Virus record (IMG/VR): IMGVR_UViG_3300046169_000006
Span: 1-59,095 of that record
DNA: 59,095 bases
From: a virus
Taxonomy: Duplodnaviria; Caudoviricetes
Strand: one strand, 5' to 3'
Every line of letters begins with the position of its first letter. Position 1 is the first letter of the stretch. Both the position numbers and the translations under genes were made by a program. Below are positions 1 through 8,736 of this stretch, piece after piece. The notes beneath the pieces are model-generated. The model did no database searches. It worked only from the letters and a program-made list of their open reading frames with translations, and had not been told where the DNA came from.

Positions 1-1574
1 AAAACTTCTTTCGAGCCTTCGACTTGGACCTCCCAATCGCGAGCTCGTTTGCACGGCAACCTAAATGGGTTTCTGGATTCTACGGTTTGTGTGTGGAGTA
101 AGGTACCATCCGCGTAGAACTTTAATGTCATGGGGTAGGCTTCAGCTTCTAACTGGCCACAGGCAAAACTAATTTCTGATGGCATAGAAAACTTCTTGGA
201 CCGCCAGATGTAAGACTTAGGGAGGCCGCCCTGCCACACAACAAGCGTTCGGTTTTCCAAGCACAAGAACAACTTATCTCTCTGTAAGTCTTGGAATCCA
301 GCCGTAGCGTACATATCATGCAGGATGAACTGACGGCTAGAAATGTCAAAGATGAATCCACCTTTGGTTGTCCCGTTGTCGAAGAACGCAATGTACTGAT
401 TATCTTGTTGGTACGCGTGGATAGAGTCAGGTTTAAAGTACTGTTGCCACATCCGGAAGTTAAAATACCCATCAGTGATAATACTTGAGCCCCCCGGAGA
501 TAAAAGCATTAAGCCATCAGGTGCAGCATACATAACACCGCCGCCCGCACTCACAATACTTTCTTTAGAAACGCACGCTTGCTCCAAATCAGACTTAACG
601 ACCGCCATGTTACTAGGGTGCGAGCCTTGAACGAAGTAAGGATTACCTGTTGTAAGAACAGCCAACGTGGTGTCCATCCGGCCTAGCCCAACAATAGGGT
701 AGTCAAGGGTCTGTATGTAGTTCTCAGGCCAAGCATGAGGTCGGTACGGTTCACAGAAGTACAAATCTCTCCCGACAAACCCAGCCATCATGCCGTTGGG
801 CAAGTTGATAAGCCCTTCTAACTCCGCTGGTGGTGTAGACCAGTAGAGGGAAGGTAACTCTTCTTGTAACTCGTCAGGTGCTACAGTGTCTTCGTATTCA
901 TCGAGCGACATTGCAATCTCATCCACAAGAAGGAAAACACCTGCTGTCGCACGGTAAATACGCTTGTGCGTAGCGATGTAACCGGTAGGTGCAGTTGTTT
1001 GTAGCCCTGTAAGTTTTACACGCTGCGAGGTTCGCACGTCGACATTATTAGAGGCCGCCGCCGGTGCAGACTCAACTTCACGACCCGCTGCTTTGTTAAC
1101 AAACGTATATGTGTAAACGCGTGTTTCCTGTGTCTCAGTATCGTCTTCGTCTCCAAGGACGGCCGCAGTGGCCGCCGCTGTAGGTCCTGCTAATCCTAAC
1201 TCTCTGTAGTTAGACGGCAGGTTCGTACTGGCAAGCCCAATCTCTGAGTTTGTTGCTTTTGGAGTCCCATCGCCCGTAAAGAAGGTCCACTCCGCAGTGT
1301 CTCCGGCGATCTGACTACGACACACGTCAACTTCGTTATTCCAGTGAAACCAGTGCTCAACGTCAGATATGTTATCTTGCCCAAAACGGTATATGCTTTT
1401 TATTGTATTCGACTTCTCAAACGTCAGGAGCGTATTACCCATATCTAAGATGGGCTGAATACTGCCAGCGAACACAGGACAGTTCAGAGCGGTTTGTGCC
1501 TGTTCCTGCTTTAAGTATCTAGGCGGTACCTTCGGCGCAATGCCTCCAAAAGACTTCAAGGACACAACTGGCAT
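1..1574 (-). CDS. Tail tubular/nozzle-like virion protein, 5' part (joins 59095..59050 across the circular junction; 539 aa in total)
   Basis: Not in the ORF track because it runs off the edge. Manual translation of both ends: MPVVSLKSFGGIAPKVPPRYLKQEQAQTALNC... and ...RDWEVQVEGSKEV|FSIAMATSMSELANA*. AGGAGT RBS upstream. Product inferred from position and size. Confidence 0.7.
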   Translation of the reverse strand, partial: MPVVSLKSFGGIAPKVPPRYLKQEQAQTALNCPVFAGSIQPILDMGNTLLTFEKSNTIKSIYRFGQDNISDVEHWFHWNNEVDVCRSQIAGDTAEWTFFTGDGTPKATNSEIGLASTNLPSNYRELGLAGPTAAATAAVLGDEDDTETQETRVYTYTFVNKAAGREVESAPAAASNNVDVRTSQRVKLTGLQTTAPTGYIATHKRIYRATAGVFLLVDEIAMSLDEYEDTVAPDELQEELPSLYWSTPPAELEGLINLPNGMMAGFVGRDLYFCEPYRPHAWPENYIQTLDYPIVGLGRMDTTLAVLTTGNPYFVQGSHPSNMAVVKSDLEQACVSKESIVSAGGGVMYAAPDGLMLLSPGGSSIITDGYFNFRMWQQYFKPDSIHAYQQDNQYIAFFDNGTTKGGFIFDISSRQFILHDMYATAGFQDLQRDKLFLCLENRTLVVWQGGLPKSYIWRSKKFSMPSEISFACGQLEAEAYPMTLKFYADGTLLHTQTVESRNPFRLPCKRARDWEVQVEGSKEV

Positions 1575-1593
1575 ATACTAACTCCTAAACGTA

Positions 1594-2415
1594 TTACCCG
1601 ACCATAGCTGCGTAAGTCTTGGGACCTACGATACCGTCAGGCGTTAAATTATGGTTACGCTGCCATTCAACAACAGCAGCTTCAGTCATTTTCCCAAACA
1701 CGCCATCAGCAGATTGCGACAGTGCTTTCTGGACTTTTTTAACTTCTTCTCCGCGAGACCCTACTTTAAGTAAGACCGGTGCCGGAGCTGGAGTGTAAGT
1801 CCCGCCTAGGATTTTTAGCGCACGCTCATAGTGATGCTTGCGATCTTCAAGACCAATATAACCACCGTTTATTCGTTTGGTTGCACCGCGAATATCTTGT
1901 TGGTTTGCATACACGTTAACACTATTCTGTCGCCAAAACCAGCAGGCACTTTCAAGAGCCCCCATTTTTGTTTGGAGGTACTCAAGGGTGTCCGAGAGGT
2001 TTTTGTCTATACTTTCTGAGAACGCAACGTGGTTACTCTTACCTGTCAATTGGATTATACCAAAGCCTCTATGCTTCCACCCGTCACCAGATGCAGTGTC
2101 TCCATTGCTCATACGGTTTGCATACACGACGTTCGCAATCTTCTCTGGCTGACGATGATACTCTTCCGCGTCTCGACCTGCGCGTCTAAAGTACTTAGGG
2201 AACACCACATTAAGGGCTTTCGCACTATAGTTGAGGTTCTCTTCTAAGACTTTAAAGTTTAGACTTTCGTGACCGCACTGCGCAAAGAACATCGCGACAC
2301 GGTTTACGGAGTCTATCCCGTATTTAGGAAGCATTTTTTGCACAGGTTCAAGCCACGCAGCCCATTCAGAGTTTCCGTCTAATAACTGCTCAAGCTGTTT
2401 TTTAGTTACCTTCAT
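1594..2415 (-). CDS. Endolysin: GH19 (chitinase/lysozyme-like) domain plus C-terminal peptidoglycan-binding domain
   Basis: AMFFAQCGHES, EENLNYS, HRGFGIIQLTG and TKRINGG GH19 motifs; C-terminal DGVFGKMTEAAV...DGIVGPKT PG-binding repeats. Confidence 0.92.
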   Translation of the reverse strand: MKVTKKQLEQLLDGNSEWAAWLEPVQKMLPKYGIDSVNRVAMFFAQCGHESLNFKVLEENLNYSAKALNVVFPKYFRRAGRDAEEYHRQPEKIANVVYANRMSNGDTASGDGWKHRGFGIIQLTGKSNHVAFSESIDKNLSDTLEYLQTKMGALESACWFWRQNSVNVYANQQDIRGATKRINGGYIGLEDRKHHYERALKILGGTYTPAPAPVLLKVGSRGEEVKKVQKALSQSADGVFGKMTEAAVVEWQRNHNLTPDGIVGPKTYAAMVG

Positions 2416-2807
2416 TTAGCAATTCCTTTATTTTTCTCAAAGCTACGCAGGCCGCCTAAACCAAGCATACCCATCATAACAGTCATCAAAGAGCTCATAT
2501 CAAACTCTGGTAGATCAGGAATTTCTACACCCGCAGCCGTGACACCAAATACGATGAGTGGCTGTAAGACAAAGTGATAGGCGAACGCGACTCCGCAAAC
2601 CCACCCGATAAAGGGGCGCCAACCACCTTTAAACAGCGAGCCTGATGCAGCTTCTGCCTTGTTAATCTCTAACTGACCCTTGGCTAACTCTTGAGCATGA
2701 CGCTCAGACATCGTTGCAATCTCATGCGCCAACGCAGCTTTCTGGTCTTTGTCTTCAATAACTTTATCAAGTAGCCCTGATACAGGACCAATAAGTGCCT
2801 GTAACAT
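2412..2807 (-). CDS. Holin (3TM, GTA-holin-like family)
   Basis: EINKAEA...GWRPFIGWVCG...MLGLGGLRSFEK signature; hydrophobic segments; overlaps the endolysin start. Confidence 0.85.
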   Translation of the reverse strand: MLQALIGPVSGLLDKVIEDKDQKAALAHEIATMSERHAQELAKGQLEINKAEAASGSLFKGGWRPFIGWVCGVAFAYHFVLQPLIVFGVTAAGVEIPDLPEFDMSSLMTVMMGMLGLGGLRSFEKNKGIAK

Positions 2808-3103
2808 TACTTACCTCCTATATTAGAAAAGCCGAAGTATGCGGCCACAATGGCGGCGATACTCACGTAGTATATGTTCGACATACTAGACAGGAGCGTA
2901 CTGGCGTTGCCGAGCCCTAAGAACTCAGTAAGGACTACACCAAAAGGAAATACCAACATCCCCATCAAAGAGAACCACGCCATCTTGCGTTGGGAGTCGC
3001 GCTTAGCATCTGCGTCCTCCATCTGACGACGACGATCTTCTAGCATTATCTCGCGTTCTTCGGGGTCTATTTTACCATTACCATTCAAGTCGTATTCACT
3101 CAT
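2807..3103 (-). CDS. Two-TM membrane protein with N-terminal EF-hand loop (lysis-associated?)
   Basis: Likely start at ATG 3103 (ATGA overlap with the upstream microprotein); DLNGNGKIDPEE loop; two hydrophobic helices. Confidence 0.7.
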   Translation of the reverse strand: MSEYDLNGNGKIDPEEREIMLEDRRRQMEDADAKRDSQRKMAWFSLMGMLVFPFGVVLTEFLGLGNASTLLSSMSNIYYVSIAAIVAAYFGFSNIGGK

Positions 3104-3213
3104 TTCTTTTTCCCCAAGCAGGTCTTCCCACGCTTGCAGCGCGCAGGTGACGAACATTTACTGCATGTTTTGAACGGGGCTTTTTTTGCTTTAGTTTTCT
3201 TTGCATAAGCCAT
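3100..3213 (-). CDS. 37-aa basic 4-Cys microprotein
   Basis: Manual translation MAYAKKTKAKKAPFKTCSKCSSPARCKRGKTCLGKKK; GAGG RBS; tightly packed between its neighbours. Confidence 0.65.
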   Translation of the reverse strand: MAYAKKTKAKKAPFKTCSKCSSPARCKRGKTCLGKKK

Positions 3214-3215
3214 AA

Positions 3216-3371
3216 CTATTTCCTCTTCTTGGCAGTCTTAGCCGCATTTTTAAAATCTGATTTGGTTGGAGCTCCTTTAGAGCCTACTTTGCGCATCTTC
3301 TCTTTGGAGCCAGCTGCGATACGTTTCTTTTTCGCGTGGATGTTCGCGTACAATCCGGGTTTCTTAGCCAT
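3216..3371 (-). CDS. 51-aa Lys-rich microprotein
   Basis: Manual translation MAKKPGLYANIHAKKKRIAAGSKEKMRKVGSKGAPTKSDFKNAAKTAKKRK; TAATG overlap with the upstream gene. Confidence 0.75.
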   Translation of the reverse strand: MAKKPGLYANIHAKKKRIAAGSKEKMRKVGSKGAPTKSDFKNAAKTAKKRK

Positions 3372-3661
3372 TACCATTTCACCTTATCTGCCCAGTAAGC
3401 CGCAGACATTTTGCCCTTGGCTATGTTTTTGCCGTGGCGTGCTTTAAAGCTGGCACGTTTCTTTTTCATCGTGTCGCCTTCACCTGCCTTCGGTTTACCT
3501 GCGGTCTTGGCACCCTGCTCTCCGAAACGAATTGTCTTAACTTTGTCCCCAACTTTCGCCACAACAACGTGGGACTTCTTAGGGTGGCTCGGAGTTTTCT
3601 TTGGTTTGTTGAATCCAGAAACGCCTGCTCGAGCTAGTCTTGGGTCTTTATTATCTGCCAT
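3371..3661 (-). CDS. Basic hypothetical protein (96 aa)
   Basis: ORF with GGAGG RBS; very Lys-rich; IRFG...RASFKARH...AYWA pattern. Confidence 0.8.
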   Translation of the reverse strand: MADNKDPRLARAGVSGFNKPKKTPSHPKKSHVVVAKVGDKVKTIRFGEQGAKTAGKPKAGEGDTMKKKRASFKARHGKNIAKGKMSAAYWADKVKW

Positions 3662-3669
3662 GTAGCCTC

Positions 3670-4188
3670 CTAATCAGCTAAGGGGTTGTCCAACGCACGT
3701 TGGAGTTTTTGTGTTAATCTATCTTCAAGTGCTTTCATGTCAACACCTTGGGAGGTGCGTAATTGATCGCGTTTCGTTTCGAACCGGATCTCCGCGTCGT
3801 CGATCATAACGCGCACTTTGTCTTCTGTGTTTCGGACAGTATCTTCCACTCGGTCAACTTGCTGCTCGATGCGAAGGATATCGTCTTTCAACCCGTTCTT
3901 GATGTCGCGAGAGTACTCCACAGCTTCTTCAACTTTCTCCGCCATGCCTGTAACTTTAGCATCCATCGTAGCCATAGCCTGCTGGTATTCTCCGAGGTCA
4001 AGGTTCGCCACCGATTCCACTTTCTGATACATGAGGAATCCAGCGTAGAGAGTGCCGACCACAGAGCTAACGACGCCCAGAAGAAGACCAAGTTGAGTAA
4101 TAGAAAAGCGCAGACCAAAAAGACGCACGCGCTTATCAGGAATGCTTTCAATCGTATCAAGTGTTTCACCTAAGTCTCGTTCTGCCAT
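3670..4188 (-). CDS. Membrane-anchored coiled-coil protein
   Basis: N-terminal TM (LGLLLGVVSSVVGTLYAGFLMY) followed by a long charged helical region. Confidence 0.75.
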   Translation of the reverse strand: MAERDLGETLDTIESIPDKRVRLFGLRFSITQLGLLLGVVSSVVGTLYAGFLMYQKVESVANLDLGEYQQAMATMDAKVTGMAEKVEEAVEYSRDIKNGLKDDILRIEQQVDRVEDTVRNTEDKVRVMIDDAEIRFETKRDQLRTSQGVDMKALEDRLTQKLQRALDNPLAD

Positions 4189-4189
4189 G

Positions 4190-4606
4190 TTAGTTCTCAA
4201 AATTCGTATCTGTTTTCAACTGGCGGAGTGCTTCTAACTCCTGCTCAAGTTTTCGTATCTCTAGTCTGCGTTGCTGCAACTCAAGTTGATAAAGAGTATT
4301 ACAGTTAATACGCTGCTTGGGCTTATCCAAAGGGATAACAATCCGCGCATAGACGCCAACGTCTTTGCTTTCATTCAGCACCCTGTTCACGTCGTCGTAC
4401 TCGTTACCGACGTTATTCAGGACACCTGTTACGCCGAACTCTAGGTTTGTACCGCCACCGATCGCATTGGAGCAATCAAGGTTTCCTGCCCTAAACTTAT
4501 CAGACTGATAGCTTGTTGGGCCGCTGGGCAACTGTAAATTCAACGAGTTACTATCTGCCATTACGGGTGCAGAGACACATAGCGCGAGTACAGCCCACCG
4601 TTTCAT
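4190..4606 (-). CDS. Exported protein with Cys-bracketed beta segment and C-terminal coiled coil
   Basis: Signal peptide MKRWAVLALCVSAPVMA; DCSN...INCN; LELQQRRLEIRKLEQEL. Confidence 0.75.
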   Translation of the reverse strand: MKRWAVLALCVSAPVMADSNSLNLQLPSGPTSYQSDKFRAGNLDCSNAIGGGTNLEFGVTGVLNNVGNEYDDVNRVLNESKDVGVYARIVIPLDKPKQRINCNTLYQLELQQRRLEIRKLEQELEALRQLKTDTNFEN

Positions 4607-4992
4607 CAACGTGTCCCGTCAGTTCGAGAGCATATCTTAGACGATATTATAGCGTTGCTAGGGATATCTGATCTAAGTTTAGACAGCGTGCAAATATAAA
4701 CTGCACGTCGCAGGTCCTCATCTCGAATAAAAACGTCAAAGGTAGATCGTGTTGCATGAGGGACGTGTAACAGCTTCTCAGAAGAGGCAAAGGGTACAGG
4801 GTTCCACTCGGCGTCAAAGACACCCAACTGGTAAAACTCTACATCTTTGCGAGCATTAAACATCGTCATTTCCGTAGATGCTAAACCACCAACGTAGGAT
4901 GGTTTGAACTTAGGATAAGTCGGCGTTAGCTCGTGCGCTCCCAGAGAGTTTGCTGTTAGCAACATCCCTATTATGAAACACAAATTTCTCAT
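4606..4992 (-). CDS. Exported beta-rich protein, possibly fimbrial chaperone-like Ig domain
   Basis: Signal peptide ending ...SLGA/HELTPTY; alternating beta-strand pattern; chaperone resemblance is inference. Confidence 0.55.
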   Translation of the reverse strand: MRNLCFIIGMLLTANSLGAHELTPTYPKFKPSYVGGLASTEMTMFNARKDVEFYQLGVFDAEWNPVPFASSEKLLHVPHATRSTFDVFIRDEDLRRAVYICTLSKLRSDIPSNAIISSKICSRTDGTR

Positions 4993-5486
4993 TTTGCGAT
5001 ACACTCAGCCTGTACAATCGCACGGTAAGTTCCGCCCGGAAGTGCACGGTTATAGCCATACTCAGCCACTGAGGTAACGTTGAACCACGTAGATCCTGCA
5101 ACGGTGAGATCAAACTCGGTCGTCGCTTCGTAGGTCACTTTGTTTGTATCGTAAGCTGACATCGTCGCATCAGAAACTTCACCCACTGAGGTGGAGCCGT
5201 CCCAATATACCACGTCGTTTAGGACTGGACTGGTTGAGAACGAAGTCGGAGTAGTGACACGGGCAATGTACGAATCTGCCAGTGCAACGTCATATCGAAT
5301 AACCGATTGAACACCGCCGTCAGATGTAGCTGTACTTAGTTTGTCTGGGGATGGGTTTCCATAAACACCGTTTACGTCCGTATTAATTATACACTTAGAT
5401 AAAACATTACCTTCGATGACCGCCTCTTCCGCAGAAGCTGATACCGATAGTAATAATGCTGCTGCGTAGATACTAGGTTTCTTCAT
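4989..5486 (-). CDS. Exported pilin/fimbrial-subunit-like protein
   Basis: Signal peptide ...SASA/EEAVIEGNVLSKCII; T/S/V-rich; C-terminal GGTYRAIVQAECIAK strand; GGAG RBS. Confidence 0.6.
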   Translation of the reverse strand: MKKPSIYAAALLLSVSASAEEAVIEGNVLSKCIINTDVNGVYGNPSPDKLSTATSDGGVQSVIRYDVALADSYIARVTTPTSFSTSPVLNDVVYWDGSTSVGEVSDATMSAYDTNKVTYEATTEFDLTVAGSTWFNVTSVAEYGYNRALPGGTYRAIVQAECIAK

Positions 5487-5503
5487 TGCATTGTCTCCAA
5501 TCT

Positions 5504-6391
5504 TTAGTTGTTATACTGCTCGCCGACCATTTGTTCGTGAAGCAGTTGTTGTGCCAATCCGTTACGAAGGCCGCGAGGATTTTCAGGTAACTGAGAATCC
5601 TTTAAGGTTGTGGTCTCTTCGTATACACCTCCGTTCATAGATGTGGCGTAATATGTATACATGTTAACACTTACATTAATAGCACGTATCATCCTATCTT
5701 GCGAGAAGTTATTTGCTAACGTCAAAGCGTTCTGACTTGCAGCTAACCCTCGCTCAAATGTATCTTTAGTAGCCTGTTCTTTTTCAGACTCAATGCTTTC
5801 GTCTTCCTCCTCTTCTTCCCATAGCCCAGAGTCAGTAGCTTCTAGCGTATCTGTCACCGCAGCGTCCTTCATAGGATCGTAGGCGTCGACAACAACTTGA
5901 GCAGTTAAAAGGGAAGTAGGATCAACATATCCCGGACATATTGGGTTAGCTTGTGGAGTGTAGCACTCGTCAATTTGGTATGTATAAACGACAGAGGGGT
6001 CTGTCACTTGCCCTTCACCTTCCACCGCGATCGAGCCTTTGCCCCAACGGGAAATAGGGATATTGTTTAGAGAGACAACTTTGTTGATGGAGTTTCCGGG
6101 AAGGCCTGTCCAGTCGTCTGTCTCACGGAAGATGTAGCCTTTACCGTCAGCATTTTCGTTTTGGACATGGACAAGCATTTGGGCTGCGGGGTCTTTAACA
6201 GTAGTGTATCTGTATATAACCCCGTTTATTGACAGCCCTGAGGAGTCGGGGACAAGCGCATCCATCCCCCACGTGAACCCGTCTACAGCAGCATTGCCTG
6301 TAGTGCCGTATGTAAATGGCTCACAAAAAGAGTAAGAAGGCCAAAACACTAAGAACGCTGGCAGCGCCCAAAAGGGTCTTCGCATCATCAT
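5504..6391 (-). CDS. Exported protein with beta domain, Cys pair, acidic linker and helical C-terminus
   Basis: Likely start at MMMRRPFWALPAFLVFWPSYSFC (signal-like); ECYTPQANPICP; EEEEEDES linker. Confidence 0.7.
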   Translation of the reverse strand: MMMRRPFWALPAFLVFWPSYSFCEPFTYGTTGNAAVDGFTWGMDALVPDSSGLSINGVIYRYTTVKDPAAQMLVHVQNENADGKGYIFRETDDWTGLPGNSINKVVSLNNIPISRWGKGSIAVEGEGQVTDPSVVYTYQIDECYTPQANPICPGYVDPTSLLTAQVVVDAYDPMKDAAVTDTLEATDSGLWEEEEEDESIESEKEQATKDTFERGLAASQNALTLANNFSQDRMIRAINVSVNMYTYYATSMNGGVYEETTTLKDSQLPENPRGLRNGLAQQLLHEQMVGEQYNN

Positions 6392-6884
6392 CGAGTACCT
6401 CCGCAACTTCTTGCCCCGGCCGTCTATCAGGGTCAGCTTCCCAAGCAGCTTTTGCTTCAGAGCCAATCAACCCGTCGTACGGACAAGGCGTTCCTGCGTC
6501 CATCATGGCTGAGAACACTCGTTCATCGCCGCACATGATAGAAACAGCCGCAACTTTCATACCCATGTCATATAGGGTTTTTGCGTTTTTAAGTTTCTCA
6601 CAGTTCATATCTCGGACAGTTGAGCCCATAGATATACCCAGTATTTGAGTTTGTACTGCACCTGCCACGCCAACCGTACACAGGTCAGAGTTAACACCTC
6701 CGTTAAACTGAGGGGCTACAGCAGAAGGTGGCGGTGAGTTAACGTTTGTCGTAACTTCTCCACTGGTGGTTACAGTACTTGTCGTCGTGCTCTCGGTAAC
6801 AAGAACATCATCTGCGACGGCGGTCCCTACTAAAAAGTAGAACAGGCAACACAGGCTTATTTTATATTTTGTATATTGCATCAT
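6321..6884 (-). CDS. Exported protein with C-terminal TM anchor
   Basis: Signal peptide ...VGTAVA; SPPPSAVAP; four Cys in the mature part; C-terminal TLLGAASVLSVLAFLLFL. Confidence 0.75.
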   Translation of the reverse strand: MMQYTKYKISLCCLFYFLVGTAVADDVLVTESTTTSTVTTSGEVTTNVNSPPPSAVAPQFNGGVNSDLCTVGVAGAVQTQILGISMGSTVRDMNCEKLKNAKTLYDMGMKVAAVSIMCGDERVFSAMMDAGTPCPYDGLIGSEAKAAWEADPDRRPGQEVAEVLDDDAKTLLGAASVLSVLAFLLFL

Positions 6885-7114
6885 TTCTCCACGATCCGGT
6901 CTAGTTTTTCATCTAAACGCTCGAGGCGATCTAAGACGCGGTTTATGTCAGCATGAACTTCTTGCTTTGTGACATACTCTTTCGCCATCTCCTCGCGCGT
7001 ACGGTTGATTAAGATTTGGATACGCTGGAGCTCAGTGACGTAGTTCCTGAGAACAAAACCAATGACGCCAATTAGTACCGTTAGGCTACTGCTCCATATC
7101 ATATCCGTGCCCAT
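6881..7114 (-). CDS. Small single-TM protein with coiled-coil tail
   Basis: N-terminal hydrophobic helix; YVTKQEV...RLDEKLD. Confidence 0.7.
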   Translation of the reverse strand: MGTDMIWSSSLTVLIGVIGFVLRNYVTELQRIQILINRTREEMAKEYVTKQEVHADINRVLDRLERLDEKLDRIVEK

Positions 7115-7116
7115 CT

Positions 7117-7335
7117 TTAGTCTTCCGTCCCTACTTCTCCGGCTAGATTAGCTGCTAACATGTCAACAAATGCTTCGCGGCCAACAGACAATTGGTCTAC
7201 GTTGAAGCGTGCGTTTGCTATCTTGCGATCTAAATCTTGGATGTGGTTAACCATTGTAATCTGGTTATCGTCTAAGTCTTCAATGTTGTGTACAACATCA
7301 TTTACAGTAATGGTTTTCTTTTCATTTTTAGCCAT
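7117..7335 (-). CDS. Hypothetical protein (72 aa)
   Basis: ORF with GAGG RBS in a tightly packed operon. Confidence 0.7.
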   Translation of the reverse strand: MAKNEKKTITVNDVVHNIEDLDDNQITMVNHIQDLDRKIANARFNVDQLSVGREAFVDMLAANLAGEVGTED

Positions 7336-7361
7336 TAGTAAGCCTCTCTATTGGTGGTAAG

Positions 7362-7604
7362 TTACTCTGGTGTGCCTGCGTCTTCAGATTCGTCCGGAGC
7401 AGTGATAGCTCCTACTTTAATCTTATGGGCTACACCCATTGCTACTTCGCCCATACGGACAGCAACTGCGTCAGCGTCGCCGCAATCGTGCACATTTACG
7501 CCCCGCACATGTGTTATGTCGGTTGTGCCACAGGTAAATGTTACCTGAGCAACGCCATCGGCAGTACTATCTATTGTATAAGTTACATTGTGTTCAGCCA
7601 TCAT
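7362..7604 (-). CDS. Hypothetical protein (80 aa), possibly tail-fibre accessory
   Basis: ORF with AGGAG RBS. Confidence 0.65.
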   Translation of the reverse strand: MMAEHNVTYTIDSTADGVAQVTFTCGTTDITHVRGVNVHDCGDADAVAVRMGEVAMGVAHKIKVGAITAPDESEDAGTPE

Positions 7605-7621
7605 TGTTCTCCTATAGACGG

Positions 7622-8728
7622 TTATAAGTATACTTTTTTGTTCGGTAGGTAGCTAACTAAACCCATCGTGTCTGGCCTGTAATCTTCGGGCCACACGATA
7701 TGGAAGTCTTCGTCTGCTGCTCCTGCATATTCTGGAAGGTGGGTCTTCACTTTAAGTAAAGGAATCCGCGCTTCGTCCATAATCCCCTGCTCTTCATACT
7801 TGTCATACTCATCAGCGAGTTTTTTCAGCCACAAGTACCACCCGTAATCGGGGATTAGCGTTTCTTCGTCCTCGGGGTCGCCAAGGGCGTTACGTTCTTG
7901 GATAACAATTCCTGCAACCCGTGTATCGTACACATAAGTTGGGTATTGTTCAAAAAGTTGACGCATTACAAAGTCTCCTCTCAATGCCTTTTTCTTCAGG
8001 TCCAAGTACATGAGAGTGTCTTCACCAACGGTAAAGTCTAAGTTAAAGCGGTTATTCTCTGTAGCGTTCTTACTAAACCAGACAAGCCGCAAGTGGCTCT
8101 CCCAGTTACTAATATATTTGTAGCAGTGAATCGCCCAACGTTGGTGGACGTCTGCAAGTTTAGTCGAGAACTCATCCCCTTCAATTTTCCTAACATGGTT
8201 CCCACTCGTGGTGTCTTGCCACCATTGGTACTCTTGGTAGAAACACCTGTTGCCATACCCGTGCACCTTGTCAGCGTCGTTCGGGTCGTTAACTCCAATG
8301 GTCGGAGACCTCGCCGCGTCATTAACTAGTTCGCCAACCGACCAGTGATAACCGCTTTCTTTGTAGATACCGTACTGGTACTCTAGGGCCAACACATCCG
8401 GGGCTTTATCGCTTTTGGCTAACTCTTTGTAGGTCCAGTAGCCATGCGGAGTAATAAAATCATCCCCGTCTACTAGAACCATGTAATCGTTGTCTGACGC
8501 TTCAAACAAATCAAAGACAGAGTTTTTACCTTTAGAGGGGCCACCATCGGACTCGGTAATGTAATACTCTATGCCGGAGTTGGCGCAATACGTACTGGCG
8601 TCCGAAACGAAATCCTCGTCGAGAGAGTTAATTACAATCACGAGGTCTTCTTTGGCGATCGTCTTGACGTGCCTAGTTACCGCTTTCATATTACGGCAGA
8701 CGAGTGCGTAAAACTTAACTTTACCCAT
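7622..8728 (-). CDS. Putative GT-A fold (GT2-like) glycosyltransferase
   Basis: GPSKGKN motif, DYMVLVDGDDF (DxD) and GED catalytic-type motif. Confidence 0.7.
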   Translation of the reverse strand: MGKVKFYALVCRNMKAVTRHVKTIAKEDLVIVINSLDEDFVSDASTYCANSGIEYYITESDGGPSKGKNSVFDLFEASDNDYMVLVDGDDFITPHGYWTYKELAKSDKAPDVLALEYQYGIYKESGYHWSVGELVNDAARSPTIGVNDPNDADKVHGYGNRCFYQEYQWWQDTTSGNHVRKIEGDEFSTKLADVHQRWAIHCYKYISNWESHLRLVWFSKNATENNRFNLDFTVGEDTLMYLDLKKKALRGDFVMRQLFEQYPTYVYDTRVAGIVIQERNALGDPEDEETLIPDYGWYLWLKKLADEYDKYEEQGIMDEARIPLLKVKTHLPEYAGAADEDFHIVWPEDYRPDTMGLVSYLPNKKVYL

Positions 8729-8736
8729 AACTAACT

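Noticed and set aside
149-1384. Short track ORFs 149-472, 291-488 and 1196-1384
   Set aside because: Shadows of the long minus-strand tail gene starting at 1574.
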